A DNA stretch of 64,000 bases from a virus. Both the position numbers and the translations under genes were made by a program. Location of the stretch: the IMG/VR virus record IMGVR_UViG_3300046462_000310, positions 5,737 to 69,736 of that record; one strand, written 5' to 3'. Of this stretch, positions 55,662 through 64,000 are shown piece by piece; position 1 is the first letter of the stretch; each line of letters starts with the position of its first letter. The notes below the pieces were generated by a model, which worked only from the letters and a program-made list of their open reading frames with translations, did no database searches and was not told the DNA's origin.

Positions 55662-57439
55662 CTCTGCGCCCCACCCGGTTTACTCAGTTCGGCTTCTTCG
55701 AGTTTCCGGAGATCGGGCGGTAGCCTTGGCGCAATCCGCGGCTCGGAGTAAGTCGTGGCGCCGGCGACGCACATCAGGCCAATCGCCGTCTCTAATACCG
55801 TGTCGTCGTGTTTCCCCGGCATCGCCTCACTGCGGCCGTTAGCCTTAACCACGAAGTTTTGCATCTCGGCAAGTGTAATCGGGCAATGAATCTCGATTCC
55901 TTCACTTTGCGTCCCACGTTCACGAATCGCTCGAGCAAGGTTCTCGATCATCATCTCGCGCGTAGCCGTTGTCGTTTGCCAGCCGTACGCTTTGGTTGTT
56001 TTGTTATCTCGGCGATTGAACACCTCGCGCAAATAAATGTTCGCACCGATCCGCAGCTTCAATAGCTCAATCAGTCCGCGGTCCATGTTCACTTCCGGAA
56101 CGATCAAGCAGTTGCCGTAATATTGTGCCAGCCGCCATACTTGCTCTTCTAACACGTCGATGTCCCATCGCAGTTCGTATTTCCGGTTACGTTCCCATGC
56201 GCCCCAGTCGTCAATCAGGCGCGCAACCTTTTTTGGCATCACCCAGCCGCGTCCTGAATCGAAATATCCCGCGCGGGTCACACTGACCGAGTGGTTATCG
56301 GGATCTTTCCCGCCCACCTGCGTTTCCCCGGTCATCTGATCGACACTGATTAAATAACGTAGGTCGCGCTTGGGTAATTCCCATCTCAGTATCCGGGCTT
56401 CTTCCGACGTGCACGGGCGCCACACGTATTTGTCACCAGACGGATCGAGTAAACCGAAGTCAGGCGGGTACAGCTTTGCCGCGGCCACCATCTTTTCAAG
56501 AATACCCAGGTTGAACCGCCGACGACCACTCGTTCTAAACGCACTTTCGGCGTCAAACGGGTAATCCTCGCAGAATTTGTCAAAATCTTTCGAGCACTCT
56601 TCCCTGATCGCCCATTGCATCCACGCGATTTGCCAGTCATCAAGTCCATATTGTTTTCGTAACTCATCCACCTTCTCGGGGCTCACGCATTGCTCGCGGC
56701 CTTCCTCGAGTTTCGGATCCCGCCGGCTATCAGGGAACTGGAACCAGGCTGCGAATAGTTTCACGTATCCGTCTTTCCCTGATTTCAGCTCGTCAAAGGT
56801 GATTCCGCCCTGCCACCGTTCGTAAAAGTCGCCGCTGGCGCCGTTGGCCGTCGATTCCAGAATGATCAGCGTCATCGCCTCTGGCGGAACGCACTTCAGT
56901 AATCCCGAAAGCAAATCTGACGCATTAGCCACTCCTTCCTCCGCCCAGCGCGCGACCTCTGTGGCTACCACCGCCTGATACGTTCCTGATCGGCCGGCCT
57001 CGCCGTTCTTAGCCGTCAACTGCTCCATGAACGATCCATTCACCCACCTGGCTTCGCGGTCCAACACACTGCATTTATTGCGCGCCTCAAACGTGTCGTT
57101 CTGAGCAAAAGTCTTCAACATCCGGAACAGATTCGATGATTGCGCGTGCGCCCCGCCGATAATGGCGCCGTTCGACCGCATATTCGACAGCCACCGGTAA
57201 GCGTTCCACACAGACGACGTGCTACTCCCCTTCTGCCGCGGCTTTAACTTGATCATCCGGCACGGTTTCCCGTTCATCAGGCACCAGTTCACCACATCGC
57301 TCTCAAGTTTCTGTAGATAATTGGCTTTTAGCTCCGGAAACTTGAGTAACTGCCCCACCTTCGGCTTAATCGCACCGTACGCCTCGAAACACGCCGCCGG
57401 CGTGGTCCGAAACATGATCTCGAGCTTTTCCTTAGTCAC
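55655..57439 (-). CDS. terL: Terminase large subunit
   Basis: KPRQKGSST (Walker A), ATEVARW, ESTANG, ISVD, PEVN, HDDTV. Confidence 0.9.
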   Translation of the reverse strand: MTKEKLEIMFRTTPAACFEAYGAIKPKVGQLLKFPELKANYLQKLESDVVNWCLMNGKPCRMIKLKPRQKGSSTSSVWNAYRWLSNMRSNGAIIGGAHAQSSNLFRMLKTFAQNDTFEARNKCSVLDREARWVNGSFMEQLTAKNGEAGRSGTYQAVVATEVARWAEEGVANASDLLSGLLKCVPPEAMTLIILESTANGASGDFYERWQGGITFDELKSGKDGYVKLFAAWFQFPDSRRDPKLEEGREQCVSPEKVDELRKQYGLDDWQIAWMQWAIREECSKDFDKFCEDYPFDAESAFRTSGRRRFNLGILEKMVAAAKLYPPDFGLLDPSGDKYVWRPCTSEEARILRWELPKRDLRYLISVDQMTGETQVGGKDPDNHSVSVTRAGYFDSGRGWVMPKKVARLIDDWGAWERNRKYELRWDIDVLEEQVWRLAQYYGNCLIVPEVNMDRGLIELLKLRIGANIYLREVFNRRDNKTTKAYGWQTTTATREMMIENLARAIRERGTQSEGIEIHCPITLAEMQNFVVKANGRSEAMPGKHDDTVLETAIGLMCVAGATTYSEPRIAPRLPPDLRKLEEAELSKPGGAQRW

Positions 57440-57451
57440 ACCGAGAAAAAA

Positions 57452-57526
57452 TTACGGAGGCGGGATTCGAACCCGCGATTTCGGCTTATGAGACCGACGA
57501 CTTAGACCAGGCTTGTCAACTCCGTG
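57452..57526 (-). tRNA. tRNA-Met(CAT), initiator type; CCA not encoded
   Basis: Cloverleaf with C1xA72 mismatch, A11-U24, loop CTCATAA, T arm GCGGG-TTCGAAT-CCCGC. Confidence 0.9.
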
Positions 57527-57533
57527 ATAAAAT

Positions 57534-57770
57534 TTACGCTGGCCCGTTAAAGTTGACCAGCACATCGCTACCTTTCACGAAAATACCGGTGACAGCACTC
57601 GCGATCATCCTAATGTGAATCAACTCTTCTGGAACTGATGCGTCAGGGAAAAGTATCGGGTTCTCCGTGTTCGCGCCTTCGGCTTGTGACTTCGCGCGAA
57701 GAGTGATGCGGTTTATCAATCCCTCGTCCTGGATGTCTTTTACCACGAACCTTGCTGTTACGTTTGCCAT
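57534..57770 (-). CDS. Small beta-rich phage protein
   Basis: VTARFVV...EN..F...VNF pattern; directly follows a dyad promoter. Confidence 0.6.
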   Translation of the reverse strand: MANVTARFVVKDIQDEGLINRITLRAKSQAEGANTENPILFPDASVPEELIHIRMIASAVTGIFVKGSDVLVNFNGPA

Positions 57771-57788
57771 AATTGCGAATCGTCGCCC

Positions 57789-57807
57789 GACAGCGTTTCG
57801 CTGTCAA
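57789..57807 (-). promoter_or_regulatory. Dyad/promoter for the tRNA-terminase unit
   Basis: GACAGCG-TTT-CGCTGTC; TTGACA-17-GACGATT. Confidence 0.75.
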
Positions 57808-57971
57808 GATTTTGCCAGAAGACGCATCACGATTACCGCCACTATCCATCCCACGAACACGAACACCGGAAACAAGCCTGTGACGTTTTTTCTTGCTTTC
57901 ATATTGCTCAATTCCTTCCGGTGTACGTCGTCCAGTGTACGACGTGGTTGGCGTGAATCCAATCGAATGGC

Positions 57972-59402
57972 TCATTCCTTCACCTTCGCCAGCGCGTCCA
58001 GAGCGTTTCGAGCTTCAACGAAACATTCTGCTAAGGTTAATACTCGATTGCCATCACGAGCAGCAATTCTGGATAGCGCATCCACCAGCGGCTTCATTGA
58101 CTCCACCAGCGGCTTGCGCACTTCTGCGTCGTGTTCTGCTATCGCCGCCTGTGCCTGTAGGAGTTGCTGTTTTAGTTCGTCGATACGCGCTATGGCTTTG
58201 TCGCGCAGTTCCTTTTCAGCAGTAAAGTTTCGATTCCGCTCGGAGGCGAGTTGCTGTTGTAGGTCTGCGACCTCGCGCTTGTGCGTTTTATCTGAGGCGG
58301 CGCGTTCGGCGTTGCGGGCGTCTGCGATTTTGTGAGCGTTCTCTATGTCCAACGCAACCGCGATTGGTTTCCAATTAGAATCGGTTATCAATCCGCCAAT
58401 CGAACCCGTCCACTCCTGCCCCTCCGCGTGAGAGCCTCGCTCTTTTACGCGGTCGTCCGTAACTGGAAGGGAATCTGGTTTCTGGCGTCTTAAATACTCA
58501 ACGATTTGCAACCCGACCGCAGCGACTTGCACCGCTTCCTTGAAAACATCATTCATCTTAGGCCCACCGAAACGAGCGTGAAGATCAGCCTCGCAAAGTT
58601 CCCCCGTTTCCTCATGGAGAATTTCCAACCATACAGGCATTTCGTGATTCTGTTCGCCCCACTTACGTTGTTGTGCTTCACGCTCTCGAAGAACGTCCTT
58701 TAGTGCCATTTGCTGCTCCATAGCTGGCGGCTGCTCGTGTCGAATCAGGTTGCCTTTGTCGTCCAAATCGGTTGCAGGGTTTATCTTGTGCAAGTTTGCA
58801 GCGACATCCCTGCTGGATTGCTCGCTGCGCTGTTGTGGTTCGTTGCTCATTTTTATCTCCTTCACCTTCTCCAGCGCATCGTCAATGATTGCCTTTTGCT
58901 CCTGTGTAAGCACTCGCTTTTGTAACTCTTCCAGCGCATCCACCAGCGTTTTCCTCACTTCCGCTATGTCATCCTCGTATTTTTCAAGTGTCACAAGGCA
59001 ACGGGATTTCATCCAGTGTTCAATCACTTCCGCGTCGTGCTTGTCGAGCGCCGTACCTGGCGGCTGTGATAACGTTGTGATTACTGGCAAGTCCTTGTTC
59101 CAATCAGATGGCAATACGTGCTCGCTTCGCTGTGGTTGTGTAGCTGGCGGCTGCTCTGTTGCCGATTCGTGTTCTTTGATCTCACGCAAGGTTTTGGAAT
59201 ACTCTCGCAAGATGCGATCCATGTTCTCCGAGAACTTTTCATCGCTGCAATCTCCGTCCTCGTATTCGAGAAGTAATTGCAACGCAGTTTTCGGCTTGTC
59301 GTCCGTAGATAGCGGCTGCTCGCCGTAGAACTTGCCAATTTTATCTTTCCTGTAATCAGGCTCGCTGCGCTGTGGTTGTGGTTCGGGTTTCATTTGAAAC
59401 AA
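57972..59402 (-). CDS. Modular protein with a MazG-like domain and repeated PQRSE linkers
   Basis: ERE.Q..KWGEQNH...ILHEETGE...EAVQVAAV; QRSE three times; DAL.KVKE twice. Confidence 0.65.
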   Translation of the reverse strand: MFQMKPEPQPQRSEPDYRKDKIGKFYGEQPLSTDDKPKTALQLLLEYEDGDCSDEKFSENMDRILREYSKTLREIKEHESATEQPPATQPQRSEHVLPSDWNKDLPVITTLSQPPGTALDKHDAEVIEHWMKSRCLVTLEKYEDDIAEVRKTLVDALEELQKRVLTQEQKAIIDDALEKVKEIKMSNEPQQRSEQSSRDVAANLHKINPATDLDDKGNLIRHEQPPAMEQQMALKDVLREREAQQRKWGEQNHEMPVWLEILHEETGELCEADLHARFGGPKMNDVFKEAVQVAAVGLQIVEYLRRQKPDSLPVTDDRVKERGSHAEGQEWTGSIGGLITDSNWKPIAVALDIENAHKIADARNAERAASDKTHKREVADLQQQLASERNRNFTAEKELRDKAIARIDELKQQLLQAQAAIAEHDAEVRKPLVESMKPLVDALSRIAARDGNRVLTLAECFVEARNALDALAKVKE

Positions 59403-59549
59403 CCCCCGGAGTTAGTAGCGAAGAGCAGCGTGCCAGTCTTGCGCTGATGCCGGTTACTCGCAAACGCGTAGCTCGTCGGACGCCCCCTGCGCTTCCTCGC
59501 AGCCGGTTTAATTCGTGGTTTTCGTTTTTTTATGTCCATAATTTTGGGT

Positions 59550-59888
59550 TCATTCCACCGGGTAGCCGTGCTCATCTACACCGCACCACTCACAAGGCCC
59601 GTCTAGGCATCCAGTTAAATCGAAGTTGCAAGGTTCAGTCTCATCTGAACAACAACTCCCGTGGTATTTGGGGTCGTGCCCAACCATCATCGCATACACG
59701 CGATAAAACGGTGTCTCGTGCCGGCCACGGATGTTCGTTACCTGGGTGATTTTCCAAACTTCGTTACCGAAAATATGCAGGCTGCCGACGGGATAGTCTG
59801 ACGCGTTGGGCGTTGAAACAATATCTTCACTGCACGCACGCCAGTAAAACCATGTAGTTAACTTTTTGATCGTTGTTTTTAGTTCCAT
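59550..59888 (-). CDS. Hypothetical protein with a Cys-rich C-terminus
   Basis: Start MELKT, overlapping the recombinase stop. Confidence 0.45.
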   Translation of the reverse strand: MELKTTIKKLTTWFYWRACSEDIVSTPNASDYPVGSLHIFGNEVWKITQVTNIRGRHETPFYRVYAMMVGHDPKYHGSCCSDETEPCNFDLTGCLDGPCEWCGVDEHGYPVE

Positions 59889-60451
59889 AATCCTTCGAAT
59901 CTGTTCACTGATGTCCGCGTGTAAAGCGCGGTGTAGCGCAGGTCTTTGTGCCCAAGATAATCCTGAATCAACCGCGTGTCGTAACCCTTGTTCGCCAGCG
60001 CAAACCCGCACGAGTGCCTAAGCATGTGGGGATGAACGTGCACGCTTAACCCCGCCGCCCTACCGATCCCGGAAAAAATGTAATTCAACGCCTGCCTGGT
60101 AAACGGACCGCGCTCGGACAGAAACAAGAATGGACTATTCACGTAGTCGGACGCCCTGCGGACCTTCACCCACGCCTTTAACGCCCGCACCTCATCCGCC
60201 GCCAATGGCTGCGTAGTGCTCAAACTCCCCTTGCTCCGCCCAACATACATACGGCACGCCGACCAATCTACCGCGGCCACCTGTAACCCCACGAGCTCGC
60301 TCACCCGCAGTCCATGCCGGTAGGTGAGCAGAGCCATAGCGTAGTTGCGTACACCGTTCCGGCCTGTCTTCGCTGCTTCGATGAACGCCACCGCCTCGCC
60401 TTCATTCAGGAAATTTTTCTTTCGCGGATCTACCGCTTCAGTCGTGTTCAT
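59879..60451 (-). CDS. FimB/FimE-like small tyrosine recombinase
   Basis: RHGLRVSEL, RSKG, HPHMLRHSCGFALANKGYDTRLIQDYLGH...YT; catalytic domain only. Confidence 0.88.
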   Translation of the reverse strand: MNTTEAVDPRKKNFLNEGEAVAFIEAAKTGRNGVRNYAMALLTYRHGLRVSELVGLQVAAVDWSACRMYVGRSKGSLSTTQPLAADEVRALKAWVKVRRASDYVNSPFLFLSERGPFTRQALNYIFSGIGRAAGLSVHVHPHMLRHSCGFALANKGYDTRLIQDYLGHKDLRYTALYTRTSVNRFEGLWN

Positions 60452-62209
60452 CGCGGATCTCCTATGTTCCGCCGACGCGCCGTGTGTTCCGCTTCGGAAA
60501 TTTCCTCAAGTTGCTGATCTTTCACAAGCCCAAGCTGGAAGAGCGCAGTCACGATATTGAACGCGTTGATTGGTATTCCTTTAGACAAGCACCAAGCCTT
60601 AGCCTGTTCCGCCATGTCGTAACGGTCCGAGAATAAATGCCGGCGACCACTCATGGCACCCTCCCGCTAAGGAATTGCCAAAGCCTCCACCAAAACCCGA
60701 GCTTCTTACTACAGGGATATAGCGAAACCGGAGTGTAAGTTATTGACTTGATCTTTCCTGCCTCGGGCGCGGGTTGGCATCCAAATCCGTCGTAAGTGTA
60801 AGTCACGTCGGGCTGTTCGATCCCTTCGTAATACACCTCAACTCGGTAAAGTTGATTATCCATTGTTGGGGTGATCCGCGTAAGTGTTGAGGGCTTCCAG
60901 AATCCCCGCCCTGGTCGGCTTGACGTTGATCACATTGATTATCGGGAATTGATCTAGCTGCAGCTCTTGTTCGTAAACCTTGTGTCCCTTCAAATACCTC
61001 ACGGCCTCCGATCGGCTGGTGGTGTAGTGAAAGCCACGGTGTTCGCCGTTATTCGGCTGGTCTTCGTTGGCGATTAAACTAATCCTGTAGAATTTCATAA
61101 AGCTCCGTAACACGCATTGCTCGCCGCAGACCCGCGCGCCTCATGCGGCCTGCGCCCCTTCAGTAAGCATGCTTTTTCCTTCAAAGGCTCACAGTCGTCA
61201 TACGGACATTGGCAATCGCGCTCGTGCTTCCAACACACCGGGCAAAAATCATCTGGATCCGGTGCACCGGGTTCTAATTCCCCCTCGTGATCGTGTGGTC
61301 TCATTGTCCTCCCATCTTAGCTAAGCGTTTGCGAGCGCAGGTAATTGACCTGCGGGCCGCTCCGATGTCCTGGAATCCACGCCGCCAAAGTTTTCGACCT
61401 CCCATGAAACTGATTGCCCATCCGTCATCGAGTAACGATATGTGACACCCACGTTCCCGAACGTGAGCATTCGCCCCTTCCCAGTTGATCTCGGTGCCAC
61501 TCATTGAGTCTACCTTTTTAAGTGCCTGTTTTGCTGTCATTGCCCGCCCTCCGTTCCGAGCGAAAGCCTTCTAACCCATGATGGCGGTGGCGATCCCACT
61601 AAGCCTTGGTTAAACATTAGCGACCATTCTCGGGCTATGTAGGAATCGGGGTTGTCATCAGGATAAATATGACAACCCCCATTTAATGGAATCCCGGCGG
61701 CTATTCCCGCGAAGACTGCTTTGGGAGTGAGTCGGTATAACTTTGGCGAAATGCTTTCGGGGTATTGCCCAAGTCGTTTCATTTCCCATCCTCCCATTGC
61801 GCCACTTGGTTCATGCGGTTCACTTGGACACGGGCAAGGGACTCGGCGATGCGCAGCGTTGCCACGACGAGGGCTAAAGCGGCCAAAAGGGAGAGCCCGG
61901 CCAGTAAGCATGCTTTTTGCATTGTGAGTCCCCCTTGCTGATTGATTCGGCTTTAGTTACGTCGATCTGAATGTTAAAACGCTTCAGTTGATCCGCGCGC
62001 ACCCAGCGGCGCGCTTCGCGCAGTAGCGCGTTTAACGCTGCGCGTGCTTCGTCGCGTTGTGCGACCACTTCACGAAACGCGAAGATGGCGTCGATGGGGT
62101 TGGATGCTCCACTCAGGAGCGACTGGAACGCCATGTCTTCGGCGCTCGGTTCCGGCTTAACCCCGAGCGGAGTCATGCCGGCCATTGCTGGTACTTGAGG
62201 TGTCTTCAT
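60448..62209 (-). CDS. Run of small coupled hypothetical genes (60448-60654, 60651-60863, 60856-61098, 61095-61304, 61301-61540, 61537-61782, 61874-62209)
   Basis: ATGA-type overlaps; no family recognised. Confidence 0.5.
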
Positions 62210-62226
62210 TTCACTTGGCAGGTATC

Positions 62227-62243
62227 GACATCGTTTCGCTGTC
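62227..62243. promoter_or_regulatory. Dyad upstream of the small-gene operon
   Basis: GACATCG-TTT-CGCTGTC. Confidence 0.6.
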
Positions 62244-62266
62244 GCAACCACTTTCTTTACAATTTT

Positions 62267-62671
62267 TCACGAGCTACCACCGAACATGCCGAAGTTCTGC
62301 GGAATAATGGCTCTGTCGCGCCACTTGCCGCGCTTATTCAACTCCGGTTGATGAATCTGGATGAGCAGTGCTTCGAGTAGTGGCACGTACGCGATCGGCC
62401 ACGCCCACCAGGCTATATCGACGACACCGGTAGGACTAATGCGGTGATGGCGAACAGCGAAGCGTTTACGCAGGTCTATCGCGGCGCCGACATACAGGAT
62501 CTCTTGTGTTCCGGATTTGAGTAGGAAATAGACGGCTGACGTGTTAGCCGGCAGATTCGGCCAGCCTGAGCTGATGAGGCGCGGCAGCGTGGACAGATCG
62601 GCATTGAGTAAGGCAAACCGTAACTGCTCGAAAGACGCCTGAACGAGTTCACCGACGCGAGTTAATTCCAT
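62267..62671 (-). CDS. GIY-YIG nuclease-like protein
   Basis: SAVYFL...LYVGAAIDLRKR...LE..LI....P.LN. Confidence 0.75.
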   Translation of the reverse strand: MELTRVGELVQASFEQLRFALLNADLSTLPRLISSGWPNLPANTSAVYFLLKSGTQEILYVGAAIDLRKRFAVRHHRISPTGVVDIAWWAWPIAYVPLLEALLIQIHQPELNKRGKWRDRAIIPQNFGMFGGSS

Positions 62672-62680
62672 CTCTTTACC

Positions 62681-63148
62681 TTACGACGAAGATGGGTCAT
62701 TTTGTCCGCTAGGAGATTCGTCGGTCAATTCGAGAATCTCTTTACCTTCCACTGTCTTTTGTAAAGACTCCAAGGCGGCCGGCGATTGCTGCGCTTTAGC
62801 AAGCATGGCTGCAAAGTCGTCAACATCACCGTGAGCGGTGATCGCTCTAGCGACCGGCGTGCCCCACTTGTAGGCGAGAATCATCGCCGCGGCTTCTTGG
62901 CGAATCCGCTCGTCTGGAATGTCGATCATCTGCTTAGCCACAACGTCCCATATCGGTTTTGTCGCATCGAGCTGCTCGCCCAGGCGCTCCAAAGCCCGGT
63001 GAACAAACTCGTCGGGAATCTCGTGGAGCAGCTTGGCGAGTTTTTTCGCGGCTTTTTTAAGAACCTTGTGGCCCGATGCGTGCGCGCGAGGCTTCTTAAC
63101 CGGTTTTTTAGGCTGTTCTGGCTCTTTCTCTGGTTCCTGTTCGCTCAT
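62681..63148 (-). CDS. Terminase small subunit candidate
   Basis: PDERIRQEAAAMILAYKWGTP helical pattern; basic N-terminus. Confidence 0.45.
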   Translation of the reverse strand: MSEQEPEKEPEQPKKPVKKPRAHASGHKVLKKAAKKLAKLLHEIPDEFVHRALERLGEQLDATKPIWDVVAKQMIDIPDERIRQEAAAMILAYKWGTPVARAITAHGDVDDFAAMLAKAQQSPAALESLQKTVEGKEILELTDESPSGQNDPSSS

Positions 63149-63337
63149 TGCTTTGGCTTCTTGAACCCATTGACTAGCAATAGTGCGATGATTAAGAGCA
63201 GGAAGATTTGAATGACCGTGAGGTCATCGTGGATGATCGCTAGTGGGATTTGGTTAGTGAGATGACAAACGGATTGATTCATATTTTTTGGTTCATTCTG
63301 GCTTTGTCTGTTTTGATTTCAGTGTTCATAATTTTCG

Positions 63338-63487
63338 TTCCCATGGGTCGCCGCGGGAAAATGGAGCCAAAAAGAGGCAGAGCGAAGCGATAGTCCCACG
63401 GGCCTTTATTTATAAGGCCGTGGGAATCGCACTCTTTTTTGGCGTTTCCCATGCCGTGGGAATTATGCCGTGGGAATCCGTGGGAAT
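63338..63487. repeat. Iteron array, probable replication origin
   Basis: CCGTGGGAAT at 63418, 63454, 63468 and 63478; inverted copies; hairpin TCCCACGGGCCTT-TATTTAT-AAGGCCGTGGGA. Confidence 0.65.
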
Positions 63488-63496
63488 TGGTCATAA

Positions 63497-64000
63497 TCAG
63501 GTGGTTGCTTTTGATGCTTTTAGGAGCTCTCCATCTTTCTCGGTGATCAGCCCTTTCTTGTGTAATTCCATGAGGAACCGGTAGAACGCGGACTTCTGCA
63601 TCCCGTGTTTTTCGTCCATTAGCCGGCGGAGCGCGACGGGCTTAATACCGTGAATCACGGACATCTGTTCGAGCAGCATTTCGGCTGAATAGACGGGCTT
63701 GAATTTGCCTTCATTTGACCCACTCCTGGCTTGCTTCAGGTCCGCGGGATCAAGCTCATTATCACGGGTGAACAACGGCCACGTCCATTTGACGACAAAT
63801 GGCTCCATTGGCGGGTGATTACGGAGCGTTGTATCCACGGTGAAACACTCATCTGTATCATGCGCAGTCATGGTCAGAATCGAATCAGGATCCCGGGCAA
63901 ACACGCCTGAGCCGCCGATACGATCGATTGACTCTTTAAGTGCCTGGTTGCCCTTCGAATAATGAGCGCCGAAGCCAACAGCAGCCCAAGTTTTAACCGA
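63497..64000 (-). CDS. RepA/AAA_25-type replicative helicase, C-terminal part (5' end outside the window)
   Basis: FGAHYSKG...IGGSGVFARDPDSIL motif followed by a winged helix. Confidence 0.75.
   Translation of the reverse strand, partial: SVKTWAAVGFGAHYSKGNQALKESIDRIGGSGVFARDPDSILTMTAHDTDECFTVDTTLRNHPPMEPFVVKWTWPLFTRDNELDPADLKQARSGSNEGKFKPVYSAEMLLEQMSVIHGIKPVALRRLMDEKHGMQKSAFYRFLMELHKKGLITEKDGELLKASKATT

Noticed and set aside
57452-57526. tRNA as an attB/attL prophage boundary
   Set aside because: It is flanked by phage genes on both sides and I saw no duplicate of its 3' end in the window
4920-62243. Dyads as CRISPR repeats, integron attC sites or REP elements
   Set aside because: They are dispersed with no spacer periodicity, too short for attC, and phased with a -35 box and start codons
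63279-63494. 71-aa ORF with SHG repeats
   Set aside because: Better explained as translation of the iteron array

Overview
The whole window is one temperate, podovirus-like phage or prophage; no host genes are visible and the replication gene runs off the right edge. Left to right it holds: a tyrosine integrase and excisionase; an exonuclease plus RecT-like recombination pair; a switch region built from ribbon-helix-helix (RHH) proteins; an IS1-like transposase/moron island; a lysis cassette; nucleotide-metabolism genes; tail-fibre and adaptor genes; capsid and scaffold; a + strand tail block; the portal; RusA and Dcm genes with overlapping frames; a large glycosyltransferase/methyltransferase cluster; a 4376-aa polyvalent (ejection-type) protein; the terminase; an initiator-type tRNA-Met; a FimB-like recombinase; and an iteron origin beside an AAA helicase. 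The most unusual signals are five. (1) About 16 copies of a 17-bp dyad, GACAGCG-N3-CGCTGTC, often overlapping a TTGACA -35 box in front of minus-strand genes. (2) A sigma70-type domain inside the giant protein, bounded by recurring L-x-[S/T/A]-Q linkers. (3) Small genes overprinted in the +1 frame of the giant gene, one with its own dyad promoter and SD. (4) Six glycosyltransferases among the head genes. (5) Signal-peptide-like N-termini on the capsid and fibre proteins. A Verrucomicrobia (Chthoniobacterales-like) host is an inference only. All family calls come from motif recognition by eye; no searches were run.
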